A program made the position numbers and the translations under genes. 64,000 bases of DNA from the human T2T-CHM13v2.0 reference genome, Homo sapiens: assembly GCF_009914755.1 (NCBI RefSeq), contig NC_060928.1; one strand, written 5' to 3'. A model generated the notes under the pieces. That model saw nothing but the letters and a program-made list of their open reading frames with translations, did no database searches and was not told the origin of the DNA. Shown piece by piece: positions 13,141 through 26,953 of the stretch; position 1 is the first letter of the stretch, and the number at the start of each line of letters is the position of its first letter.

Positions 13141-13989
13141 CTTTAAGCTTCTTTCATTTTGCTGAACTGAGAAGAAAATTTTTAAATATTGGGCCAAAAT
13201 CCAGAAAGAACAGAATTCAAGAGAGTTAAACCTTGCTGTTACAATGAAGAATTTCTTGATTTCTCAGAAGTTACCTGAGATGTGGACCAGAACCTTTTCA
13301 AGTCTTCTGGCTTACGAGGCTAAGGTAGGTGTCAGCAAAGGGAGCAGAAGGAGGTCTTTTATGACGCTGTACTTTTACTGGACCCTGAAGACATTAGACC
13401 TAAAAATAAGTGAAAATTTATTTTCTCTTTTCTTTTTCTTTCCCTTTGTTCCCTTGAAAATGGTAGCATACAAGGGGCTAAGGAGTTTCAGAGGCCTAGC
13501 AGACAAGTAGCATGCCTGGGGAATGGAAAGTGGCAGTGAGATCAGAGGTCTGATAGAGAGCAGGACATAGAAGGTGATCTGCCTGATCAGGTAATTAGTT
13601 ATATACAAAAGGGGAATTACCTGGCTGAGGTAGGGTTTCTCCACTCCAAAGTTACTCTTCCCCTCATACTGCACTTGCCCTTTATAAGAAAGTCCCAATA
13701 TGGATCTCACACTTAAGGAATGGCACGGGGAACTATACATAAGTAGGTGAAATTCTTCTGTATGGTATATTTATTTACCACATTTAATTATTTAATCATT
13801 TATTTATATCAACACGGATGCTTGTTTATTTTATGCTGTCAGGCATAGTCTCATACTACTTCATTTATTCGTTGCTCAAGTTGAATTCTTAGGTATTTTA
13901 ACCATATGGATGAACTTTATGGGATGGCTCCAATTATGAGCAATTACCACACCCATAAGTGCTAACTGAGTACTTCCTAGTGTTGGCAG

Positions 13990-14344
13990 AATGTCTATTT
14001 TCTGTCACTATAACAGAACAACATAAACTGGGATTTACAAAATCCAGAAGTTTGTTTGGCTTAGTTTGGGAAACTGAAAAGTCCAAGAGCATGCCATTGG
14101 CATCTGGTGAGGGCCTTTTTGCTGCAACATAACATAAAAGGCATCATATGTGAGACAGTAAGAGCCAGAGAGGACTCACTTTTGTAATAAAGTCTCTCTG
14201 GCAATAATGAACCCACTCCTGGGATAGTGACACCAATCCATTCATGAGTGCAGAGCTCTCATTAATCAATTAATCCATTTATGAGGGCAGATTAATTGAG
14301 TTTTCAATACATAAACTTTTGGGGAACACATTCAAATGATAACA
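13990..14344 (-). mobile_element. MaLR solo LTR (MST/MLT1A-like)
   Basis: aagtccaagagcatgcc...ggcatctggtgagggcc...tttggggaacacattcaaa. Confidence 0.65.
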
Positions 14345-15591
14345 CATGGTATTAATCAGTCAGTCCATAAACCTTTAAAAAGTATTTCTGTGAATTTATC
14401 TGGGCCTGAAGGCATTGTTCTAGAGATATAATTATTAGGAAATATTAAGCAATGAGGTAAAAAAATTCTGTAGCTTTCTTGGAAGCACAGAACCAAAGCT
14501 ACATTGGCCACCCCTATGTATTTTACCACATGATGCCGTCCAAGGTTTTCATTGTCTCCAGTCCATATGGACTGTAAGCCCAGCTCCAGGAAGATGCCAA
14601 TAATCTAAAGGTGTTGAAGTTTCTACGTGAAATTGAAGCTAGATCCCAGCCGTATTACTTCTCCAAAGAAGATACAGAAGTTTCTTGGCAAGCTTTGGAA
14701 AGATATAGTTGGTCCAAATTTTATTCAGGCTAAACTGGAATGTGTTGTTCCACCAAGGACTGATGTCAGAAATATACGTAGGTTTATTATTGCTTACTTA
14801 CGTCAATTATAATGTGGGCAACATCACTATGAATCTTACAAAATGCATTCTAAAAAAGTTATTGGACATTATAATGTGAAATTTTAAAAATTATGACTAA
14901 ATGGGCACATAAAAAATGTAAAACAATTGTTTTCAGGGATTGATTCTGATTCCCCCGGTAAACACTGTCCTCAACAATATCTTAATATTTTCCAAGACTC
15001 TCCAATTTTTGTATAATTAATAACTATATTAAACATTAAAAAAAAGCTTTGATTCTTAAAAACTATAACTATTGAATAGGGTGCTCAGAAATCCATGGAC
15101 TTTTCTCCAAAAAGTAAGAAAATAAATCATCTGGATTTCTCCCCAGATTTGGCCTTTTAGTCTATTGTAGTCTAGATAAGCATTCTACTGAAGACCCTAA
15201 GTAAATATGTAATGATCTTGTGTCTCCTCTGTGTTAGTGAAAGGAAGCATTGACTAAACATAGTACAGAAAAAGAATACAATTTTAAAAATAGAAGATGT
15301 TTTAAATAAAAAACAATAAAAAATTTTAATTCTTTTTTCTTCTGTTTTTGTTATATTTTACTGCCAAATATCTTATTCTTTAAAACTTATTTTACAATAT
15401 TTACATTTGTTGGATTGCATATAGGACAGAAGGAACCCTAAAGCATAAATATTTCAAACTAGCTGAAGATAAATAACACTCATTGGAATTATTTTTGGAT
15501 GTTTGGAAATCTGTTGTGTTATGTTGAAAAATTGGAGTTAGACTAAGGTAAATTTAAAATTAACTCATTTTGTTGAAAGTAAAAGAAAATG

Positions 15592-15946
<355 letters not shown>

Positions 15947-16054
15947 TTATTTCATTCTTTCTTCCAGAGTCTTCAAAGTTCATGCACCATTTTTATTATA
16001 TACTAATGTCCTACTAAATGGAAAATCAATCACAAAAATAATTTGAAATGCTTG

Positions 16055-16060
16055 TTTATT
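16055..16060 (-). terminator. Distal polyadenylation signal AATAAA
   Basis: Plus tttatt about 760 nt after the stop codon, followed by GU/U-rich sequence (TTTTTGTGATTG) on the minus strand. Confidence 0.65.
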
Positions 16061-16260
16061 TTTAATACAACTCTAACAAGATGAATAATCTGTGTTACTA
16101 CATCATTCCCATAGGTTATAGTTGTGCATGATATTTATAAAAAATAGAAAAGAAGAAGAGGAAGCAAAAGAAAAAGAAAACAAAATTTAAGAGATGATAG
16201 TAGGAAAAAAAAGTTTCTTATTTCTCATATGCATGTACAGCTCAATAAACATGTTACCTG

Positions 16261-16685
16261 GGCCAGGCATGGAGGCTCAAGCCTGTAATCCCAGTATTTT
16301 GGGAGGCTGGTGTGGGAAGATCACTTGAGCTCAAGGGTTTCAGACCAGCCTGGACACTATAGCAAGCCCCTGTCTATACAAAAAATAGAAATAAAATTAG
16401 TTGAGCATGGTGGTGTGTGCCTGTTGTTGCAGCTACTTGGGAAGCTTGAGCCCAGGAATTCAAGACCAGCCTGGACAATATAATAAGACCTCATCTCTAC
16501 AAAAAAACATTAAAAAAATTAGCCAAACATGGTTGCACATGTCTGTAGCCCTAGCTACTTGGGAGGCTGAGATGGGAGGATCAATTGAGTCAAGGAGGTC
16601 AAGGCTGCAATCAGCCATGATTGTGCCACTGTCCTCCAGCCTAGGCAACAGAGTGAGACTCTGTCTCAAAAAAAAAAAAAAAAAG
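16261..16685 (+). mobile_element. Compound AluJ-type element (extra monomer) in long SULT1E1 3'UTR, antisense to mRNA
   Basis: Left arm, then partial right arm to about 16445, then restart in a left arm (gcttgagcccaggaattcaagacc), full right arm and polyA. Confidence 0.85.
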
Positions 16686-16784
16686 TTAAACAAAAATTTA
16701 AAAAGAAAATGTCAACATAATCCATGATTATGTCTTTTCTAGCAATCTAAAATAAGAAAAAGTGGAGAATAATGAAAAGAAATC

Positions 16785-16790
16785 TTTAAT
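16785..16790 (-). terminator. Proximal polyadenylation signal candidate ATTAAA
   Basis: Plus tttaat, about 31 nt after the stop codon, followed by U-rich sequence on the minus strand. Confidence 0.5.
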
Positions 16791-16820
16791 ATCAGATATG
16801 TTAAGTAAAGAAAGACCTTC

Positions 16821-16952
<132 letters not shown>

Positions 16953-17589
16953 TCAATAAATATTAAGTCTTCCAAAAAGAATCATTAGGTTTGCTAATTT
17001 CATCACTTTCATTAACACCTAATCAAATATTATACTTGTAATTCTCAATTTTAGGAATCAAATGTATACCTTTAATGATATACTTTTTTGGGCTTACAAA
17101 GATGGATTTGTCCTAATTGGTTTAAAAAAACAACAAATTTAATTCTCTGATTCTTTCTTCTTATGCCATTTACTTTATTTTTCTTCTGAAGTTTCATCTC
17201 AGCTGTTGGGGCTCCCAGGATAAGATCCATGTTTTACCCACTCTCAAGGTGTTAAATATCATCTTAATGCTGATAGCACTAAAATCCAGACTTATGCTTT
17301 ATATACAACTGCCTACATGATTTTGCCACCTGAAAAATGTCCAAATTTTCCAAATACAATTAGTTCAAAAATAAATTCATTTTATTCCTTAGCATATTGT
17401 GTTTTCTCCATTTACATTTTAATGACCTGTGTAGAGTCAACACCAGGTATCTACACATAAGCTTGGACGTTATTCTCTTAACCACAACATCTAATTCATT
17501 ATATTCAGGCTTTCTTTATATCTACTGCCTCTTAAACACTTCTGCTACTGCCAGCCAGAGAGTGTTTCTCATCTGGGTAATTATAATAG

Positions 17590-17962
<373 letters not shown>

Positions 17963-18987
17963 CACCTTCTTTTTTAAACTATTCAAGAGTTCACTTGCCC
18001 TCTTGCTCAAGGAGCTCTAAACTTTCCCACTGAAATAACCCAAAAACCAGAAGACAGAACATGTGTATCCTAAAAAAATCAGATAGGTTCTGAGGGTACA
18101 GCAGCAAGTCACCGTTTGCAAGCAAGACAACTGTTTTAAGTCCTCTGTAACATTTATATGTAGAATTTTGAAAAAGGAAACATATAATCAAAAGAGTACA
18201 TAATTAAAATATAGTTTGAGAACTGAATCTCTTTTCAGTGGATCCCTGTTCTGTTTTGTTTTTTTCCCCAGTGGCAGGTTTGTTATTTTACAAATTCCCT
18301 GACTCTCACTGACAGTATGGTTCAAAGAGCAAGATTTGATTCTATTCTGTTTGTTTCTGCTTCCTCATATATAAATAGACTGGTGTCCCAGTGCTCTGAA
18401 TATCTGAATATCTTACATGCCTTTAAATTTGTTAACTGGCTATATCTCATCAGGCTATGTCTCCCCCCAAATAGAATTTTTTTCTCCTTATATGTTGATA
18501 TTTTTTGCTAAACAGAGCTATATTTGAATTTCTATTTTTTGCCACTTACCCTTGAAAGGTGTTTGCCACTTGTTAAAAAATGTTGACAAACTATTCTAAA
18601 CTTATTTCTTCAACTCAAGAAGAGAGAGGAATAAAATCTTTCTGCGGAATTTCTGGTTAGAACTTAAAGGAACTATATGATACATGTTGTAACACTGAGG
18701 CACATAGGCTTGGTAAATTACAGCTAGTAGAGTGTGATACTATTTCCAATGCTGAGATTGAGGAGTCTGCTAGTTATTTTAACATAATATGATGCATATA
18801 ATAAATAATCAACAGGTAATTGCAATGTAATAGAAGTGTAACTTAAAGAGTGTATTCAAATATGAAAGACTGCTGAAGAAAACTTAAGCTGGGTTCATAG
18901 GCATTAAAATACCTCACTAGATTTTTGCCTATAACCATGTCACCTTGTGACTTCCTCTAGTATCGAGGCAAACCACATTTTTCTCAC

Positions 18988-19168
18988 CCTTTCTCATGAA
19001 GGGCGACAATTTCTGGTTCATAATTTCGTCTGGCAGTGTTGTGTAATTTGTGGATGGATTGTTCTTCATCTCTTGGAACGAAGTATGATGTATAATCCTG
19101 TCCACAAGCTCCTCTGATGGCTTCCTTTCCAGGAAATGTATCAATTTTATCACCTCTTTTCTGATATC
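18988..19168 (-). CDS. SULT1E1: SULT1E1 exon 7
   Basis: ctccctag|GATATCAG...AGAAAGG|GTGAGA. Encodes DIRKEVIKLIHFLERKPSEELVDRIIHHTSFQEMKNNPSTNYTTLPDEIMNQKLSPFMRK; 181 nt. Confidence 0.97.
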
Positions 19169-19989
19169 CTAGGGAGAGAAAATGTTTTGAGAACTAAATT
19201 GCTAAAACTGAATAAATCACTATCTAAATGAAAGAGAAAAAATAAACCTTTCTCTTTTCTCCTACTGATATTAGAATTAGATTTCTAATGAGAAATCTAA
19301 TTGGGGGAATTTTATAAAAGCTGTTTTAAGTATAATTTTCCTCATCCATAAAATGCTTATAAAAGATACTTTAAGATTATTCAAAAAACTAAATGAGATG
19401 TTTGTGAATGCTTATTGTAGTCCTTGATGCATAATCACACTTAATAGATGTTGTCTATGAAAACAAACATCATACTCAAAACCTAAAGTCCCCTGTGAAA
19501 AATCAAGTTTGGGGGATAAAGATATACAGGCAATTTTCATTTTTCTCCTAATTTATTGGTGTAATTAGTGAGAAACAAAGAAACAAGAAAGATTAAGAAA
19601 AGGTGTAAAAAGTCAAATACTCACAATGCAACATCAGTTGTCTGTACACCATAGCTACAAACATCCCCATATCTGTGCCACTCCTATAATATACACCATT
19701 ATTCAGCTATATCTCTCAGTGCAACTATTTGCAATACTAACCGCAATGTGTATTCAAGTGCACATTTCTCTCTATGCCAATCAAATGCTGTTTCTAAATT
19801 CTCTGCTCAATAAATTGTAGTTTGCCTTTTCGATTTCAGCTTATTTATCAACTTATTTAGGATAATATCCTTGGCTATTCTAATTTTGGGTAGATGACCC
19901 TGTTTTGCTCCCATAATTGTTTAAATAAATCTAATTTACCACATGTGTATTTTTGTAATGTTTTATTTACTTGTCTATCTTACTCAAAA

Positions 19990-20286
19990 GAGAAGTGGGG
20001 ATAGTTAATAAGTACAAAAATAGAGCTAGATAGAATGATTTAGTATTTGATAGTATATCATGGTGACTACAGTAGACAATAATTTATTGTACATTTTAAA
20101 ATAATTAAAAACTATCATTGGAATGTTTGTAACATGAAGAAATGATAAATGCTTTAGGTGATGAATACCTCATTTACCTTGATGTGATTATTACGCATGG
20201 TGGCCTATATAAAAATATGTCATGTACCCCATAAATATATACACCTACTATGTACCCATAAAAATTAAAAATTGAAATTAAAAAAA
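19990..20286 (+). mobile_element. L1MA 3' end
   Basis: aataatttattgtacattttaaaataa...catgtaccccataaatatatacacctactatgtaccc plus A-tail. Confidence 0.85.
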
Positions 20287-21199
20287 GATGATGCTTCAAG
20301 ACACAAGAAAAAAGATTATATGTATATATGGGTGCAAAATAGGCATCTCACATGTATGTGTATATATATATAATATATACACAAAATCTTATTTTATATA
20401 TACAGACATATGTGTATATATATAGTGATAATGTCTTGATTTCTTTCTACTGGATATATTGTAGAAACAAATAAAAATTAATTTGTACATTCTTAGCCTT
20501 ATTAATTCAAATATAGAGGAAACCTAAACATGGCTATTATTGACCAAAATCGGGAGTAAGTAGACATGGACAATTTGAAATGGAGGAAGAGAGTTGGAGT
20601 AACTATTTAATTTTGTTTGTGTGTATTTCAAATTCACTGTCATTAATAGTCTAATTACAGAACACAGTATTGGATAATATAATAAACTGTAGATCATGAC
20701 TGCTTTTCTTATTCAAATTTGATCTAGTGTTAAATTCTATAAATACATAATTTAATTTATAAAATATTATTTATGATTTTATTTTAAATAAATGCTCACC
20801 AAAAACACTCTAAAATTACTGAAATACCATAAAGGATTTTAAAGGTTATTCAAATATATGAATAAGACATGGATATCAATTGCTTTTTTGGTGATAGTAA
20901 AGGATAAGAAAATAGAGAAAATTTCTCACCTCTTAATAAAGAAACTCATTATGTTTTCTATGTTTTAAAAATTATGAGATATATGTATATATCTCATTTA
21001 AAGAGGAAAACTATATACAGCACCTATTACCTACTACTTAACTTATGAAATAGAACATTCACAGTTTTCTTAGTTTTTTTTTCTTTTGAGTTCCCTTCAC
21101 CTCTACTCCCATCCCACATAAACAAAACAATCAAAAAAAAAAAAAAAAAGAAAAGAAAAGGAAAAAAACTGCTAATTTCAAATTATTATCTTCTCTACT

Positions 21200-22330
21200 T
21201 TATAGGTTTCAAACTTAGGTATGAATCTCTAGACAACATATAGTTTGATTTTACCTAGCTGATGTGTATATTTAGTGTACTTCCTTTCATTATAATATAA
21301 TATCTAATTGTAATACAATAAAATACATTATATATGGATTCTTTGGTATATATATCTGGGTTGTTTTCAATTTTTGCAGTTATTAAGAATGCTACTATGA
21401 AAATTATTGAATATCTAACCTAATGTACACAAGTCAGAGTTTTTCTAGAGTATATGTCTAAGAGTAGAATTTCAGGGTCTTAAACTATGTGCATGTTTGC
21501 CTTTGCTAGATAATGACAAGTTGTTTCCAGTGTTTGTATCTTTCTACACTACAATCAACAGTGTGTTACTTTTCACTGATTCACATTCTAATATTTGTTA
21601 TTGTCAGATATTTAAATTGTTATCAGTGTAGTGGGTGTAAAACAGGTATCTCATAGTGATTTTTATTTTGAATTACACTAACAATAAAGCTGAAGAAAAA
21701 TTAGATTATAAGAAAATTTTAAGGCCATAAAAAATTTGTGTATTGATATTTTAGCATTCTCTTTACACTCTTCTTCTGGAAGTTTGAGTTGATATATGTG
21801 AGACATTATCACTGTATCTTATATACCAAAAACATTTTTATTTTTTAAATGCTAATACTTAGTAAGAACCATTACTTTTCATCAAATAGCCTATTTATCT
21901 CACTGTGCTACATTCTATAGAATTTCCTTAGCTCCATCTTTTACTTCAATAATTCACTATGTAGCCATGTCTAATCTATTATTGAACCCATCTCTTAATT
22001 TTTCATATTTTTTTAGTTATTTTTAGAAATTGTATTTGGCTATTTTTTTTCAAATCTGCTCTGTCAATTTTAATAGTTTTTGTTTCTTTGTAATTTTTAA
22101 AATTTCATCTTTTATTTATTTAAACATATTAAGCATGGTTATTTTATAGGACCTATCTAACAATTGCAACATCTCTACATTTGCAGACCAGTTAATTGCT
22201 TGCCCATGTTGATTCCTTGTGTGTGAATGTGTGTGTGTGTGTGCCTATGTGTGTGTGTTATTGATTCATGAAGTCAAGTTCTTTCAAATTTTTTCTTTGA
22301 AATTTTTGAGACTTGTGGTTTAAAATGTAT
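21200..22330 (-). mobile_element. Old L1M fragments in intron 6 (boundaries approximate)
   Basis: L1M-like tracts such as ggttgttttcaattttt...aatgctactatgaaaatt and ggtatctcatagtgattttt. Confidence 0.5.
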
Positions 22331-22440
22331 TTATTTTCAGAATATTTTTATTTGCTAGCTTCAAATCTATGCTAAAGTATCTGTATTATTTTGGTCCTTT
22401 CCTTTTAAAAATTTACGAGATGGCTGTCATCATTTATTTA

Positions 22441-22677
<237 letters not shown>

Positions 22678-22914
22678 CTAGTGTTCAAGCAACAATAACA
22701 ACAAATAAATATAAATAGATAATCATGAAATTAGAATAGATCAGCTGTATATCTTAAGCAAAGTTCTCTGCAGCAAGAGAGGCAAAGTATGTTAAATAAT
22801 CTATGTATGTAAAAATAGTATGAACTTTATCAGATAATGTAGTTTATGACAGAAAAACAGGGAAAGTTCTCTCATCAATTTGATTTAAAGCTTATGAGAA
22901 AATTGTTGAAACTG

Positions 22915-22942
<28 letters not shown>
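22915..22942. repeat. (GT)14 microsatellite, intron 5
   Basis: Direct read. Confidence 0.95.
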
Positions 22943-22945
<3 letters not shown>

Positions 22946-24261
22946 ATCAAATTGTTAGTGAAGGGAGTTGACTTAGTGAAACTATCAGTGGTCTGATAGT
23001 CATAAGAATATAGTTCTGGTCTCAAATTTACCATTTACAAACTAGGTTTGGCAACTAAAACTAGTAACTATATGAGTATTTATTACACTATTAGTTTACA
23101 TGGGAAGGAATGTTCTCGTAGGTACCCTTAGTGTCATTCTCACTCCAGGAAATTAGATTTTAGAAATGATGTAATATAACCAAATGCTGTCTCTTCCTTT
23201 TTCTTTCTCTTGCCTCACTCATAGTAAAAATGTTTCATAAAATATAAAGCTGACAAAATAATATAATGTTGTGTGAGGCAAAAGGTTCTGCTTTGCCTGA
23301 AGTCATTGTATGCCTCCTCTGTTCTTTGACTCCATTAGGGAATTTTTCCTTACAGAAAATGTTCTACAGTGAAATTTATAGTGATCTTATTTCTCCCTTT
23401 GCAGTGATGCAAAATTATATTTCTCTGCCCTGCAGTGGAGGTCTTGACAATCTTAAGACATATGTATTACTCATTATGCTTTAGCAAAAATTTTCCCAAA
23501 ATGTAGCAACAAACACAAAGCACATATACCTTATTTGTCTTGAGTCAATATTATCATCTGTGGATATGAAAACACATTATTATTTTTCTTTATAATTGTT
23601 ACTACATGATCAGAATGGCCTTCTTTAGAATACTAGACTATCCTGCACCCTTTCTTCCTCAAATCTAAACACTTTAGTAAAAGTGTTTAATAAAAACGAA
23701 AAATTTTCCAGAATATCTGCTCAAGTAACTCTTAACAAATTTGAGAAACCTGGTTAAAATATTCAGATTGCACTCTGGGTAGAATGAGGAAGAGTTTTGT
23801 AGATAGTCAAACTTCTTTGTAAATTCCATATTCATATAGAACCTGGCAATTTTATTGGAAATAAGTGAACATTCTCTCTTCTCTAATCTCTCCCCAACCC
23901 ATTGTTCAATAGAGTTGTAATAATACGGTGTAAAACATTTGTTTCTACTAAAAAGAGACAAGGCAGAAAATCAGACACTGAGTCTCAATCTTGGAGAATA
24001 AAATTGCTACCCCCAGCTCCCAAACATAATTCTATATATTTATTTTTAGGTGTTGGACCAGAGTGCTCAGATTCTGCAATTTGCCTTCTACATCTGGACA
24101 CAGTATGCTTGCTCTAAACCTCCAGGCGCCTTTAGATTTCTGTGTTTTAACTATGAATCAGGGAAGAAAACGTACCAGAACAGTTAAAAACTTTTACTTG
24201 GAGATGGCATTTGTCTTATAAAACCTTGAAAAAAAATTCAGTGTAAAGAAGCTGTTCCTAC

Positions 24262-24388
24262 CCTGTCCTTGCATGAATTTCTCCACAAACTCTGGAAAGG
24301 ATCCAGGATTTGGATGACCAGCCACCATTAGAAAGAAATAATAAAAGGAAACAGCCACATCCTTTGCATTCCGGCAAAGATAGATTAT
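24262..24388 (-). CDS. SULT1E1: SULT1E1 exon 5 (3'-phosphate binding RNAKDVAVS)
   Basis: cctcttag|ATAATCTAT...GGACAGG|GTAGGA. Encodes IIYLCRNAKDVAVSFYYFFLMVAGHPNPGSFPEFVEKFMQGQ; 127 nt. Confidence 0.97.
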
Positions 24389-25885
24389 CTAAGAGGATGA
24401 AATTGTATATTAAACCACTTAACATTTTTTTCAAACAGTCTCATCAAGATTTTTTTAAAAAGGATTTACATTTTCAAATATAAACATAATACACATTAAT
24501 TTTACAAAATGCATAAGACATGTACAATTATTTATAAAGACATCTTCAATAACCTGAGGTGACAGTGGTTTTTGTAGTGTTGTTCTCTTTGTTCTCACTA
24601 CAAACAGAACAACATTATTATGCCATTTTCACACATAATACCTCATTTGAGTGTTGTAAATTTTATCAATATAAATTAAGTCAGTTACATTATTTATTAT
24701 TCTCAATGTATAAGTGAAGAGATTAAGCTGAAATTTAGTGATAATATAGCATTGAGAGTAAATCAATGAGAGTAAACCATTTGGCATATCATTCAGTCAA
24801 CTATACAGTGCTCTGGTCTTTATACTACACCATCACTCCACATAATTAAAAAAAAATAGTTCTGAGGTCTCTTCACTTTCAATATTACAGGAAAAAAACA
24901 TTTTATGAGGTGAAAATATAACCTCTGCCAACACCTTGTTAGTTTCCATTTTACATGCAGAAGAAATACCAATGAATTAGTTTTCAGAAAACTGTGGTTT
25001 TAGTTTCTAGTTTTGGCAGTAAGAAAAAACAGTACAGTAATTTTTGACCTAAATGTTTTCTTTACTAAACAAATGATTTGTGTTAGATCATCTGTGGCCT
25101 ACTCTAGGTCTGATACTCAATGTTACACGAAAAGATCTGTGAAAGTAAAGTCCAGTATCCTCATGGGCTTCTACTTAGGCCCTCAGGCACCTAAGCAATG
25201 TCATGAAAGGATGCTGTTGAGTATCCACTGTTTATGGAATACCACTAAACTAAAGCTACTAAATTGTCTTACTGATGACATTTTCTAACAATGTTGTAGA
25301 AATCTAGCTTATTCTTAGATGTATAGCTCTCGTTTTATAGCCCTCTTGTAAAAGCCTCTAAAAACTGCAGAATAAAAGTGAACATTTTTCATATAAAATC
25401 CATCATTAGCCATATTGAACTTTTCCAATCTTACTTATAACCCTTCCTAGTTCTTTTCATCTATTAGCTGAATGGAACCCTTTGCCACTGTATGCATTAA
25501 TTTACTTCAGAATTTTCACCCCTTGTCTTCTTTGTTCTAGTCTGTCTTTCTTGAATGTTTTCTGTTTCTCAAAATGCTATCTGTATTTTATAGCTTGCCT
25601 TCTGGTCCTCCATGAGGCTTTTTATTTTCCCAGATAGAAAAAAAGAGTGATCTCTCTTTCCCTAAACTTCTATTAGTTTATATTCTTTATTTTGGCAGAT
25701 CTTATTCAATATCCCAAACTTTTTACTGTACATGCTCATTTTTTTGTCCTCAAGGGAAATCTAGCTCTTTCCTGAAGATATGACTTGCACTGCATCTCTC
25801 TTGAGTCAAAGTTACCAGTTTCCCAATGATTCACTTGTGATTGTAATCTGTCTTAAAAATTTTGCACTTTAAAGACCCCTATTCT

Positions 25886-26953
25886 TTTTGTTGCCATTGC
25901 TTTTGGTGTTTTAGACATGAAGTCCTTGCAAAGCCAAAATTGACAAATGGGATCTAATTAAACTAAAGAGCTTCTGCACAGCAAAAGAAACTACCATCAG
26001 AGTGAAAAGGCAACCTACAGAATGGGAGAAAATTTTTGCAATCTACTTATCTGACAAAGGTCTAATATCCAGAATATACAAAAAACTCAAACAAATTTAC
26101 AAGAAAAAAACAAACAACCCCATCAAAAATGGGTGAAGGATATGAACAGACACTTCTCAAGAGAAGACATTTATGCAGCCAACAGACACATGAAAAAATG
26201 CTCAGCATCACTGGCCATCAGAGAAATGCAAATCAAAACCATAATGAGATACCGTCTCACACCAGTTAGAATGGTGATCATTAAAAAGTCAGGAAACAAC
26301 AGGTGCTGGAGAGGATGTGGAGAAATAGGAACACTTTTACACTGTTGATGGGACTGTAAACTAGTTCAACCATTGTGGAAGTCAGTATGGCGATCCCTCA
26401 GGGATCTAGAACTAGAAATACCATTTGACCCAGCCATCCCATTACTGGGTATATACCCAAAGGATTATAAATCATGCTACTATAAACACACATGAACACG
26501 TATGTTTATTGTGGCACTATTCACAATAGCAAAGACTTGGAACCAACCCAAATATCCAACAATGATAGACTGGATTAAGAAAATGTGGCACATATACAGC
26601 ATAGAATACTATGCAGCCATAAAAAAGAATGAGTTCATGTCCTTTGTAGGGACATGGATGAAACTGGAAACCATCATTCTCAGCAAACTATCTCAAGAAC
26701 AAAAAACCAAACACCTCATGTTCTCACTCATAGGTGGGAAGTGAACAATGAGAACACCTGGACACAAGAAGGGGAACATCACACACTGGGGCCTGTTGTG
26801 GGGTGGGGAGAGCGGGGAGGGACAGCATTAGAAGATATACCTAATGTAAATGACAAGTTAATGGGTGCAGGATACCAACATGGCACATGTATACATATGT
26901 AACAAACCTGCACATTGTGCACATGTACCCTAAAACTTGAAGTATAATTAAAA
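25886..26953 (+). mobile_element. 5'-truncated, 5'-inverted L1PA (PA4/5-like) in intron 4
   Basis: TSD aaagacccctattct at 25871-25885 and 26954-26968; inverted piece about 25886-25929; ORF2 C-terminus ([14 protein letters not shown]) and 3'UTR. Confidence 0.93.

Noticed and set aside
14500-14812. Non-repetitive-looking stretch with several CpGs and short open frames, as a possible exon or SULT pseudo-exon
   Set aside because: No sulfotransferase or other recognisable motif, in-frame stops, and no clear splice-site pair. A BLAST/Dfam search would settle its origin.
18929-19153. Track ORFs 18929-19153 and 30082-30306 as standalone genes
   Set aside because: They are SULT1E1 exons 7 and 3 read into flanking intron.
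26133-26902. Three ORFs in intron 4
   Set aside because: Stop-interrupted L1 ORF2 C-terminus and 3'UTR of a truncated element.
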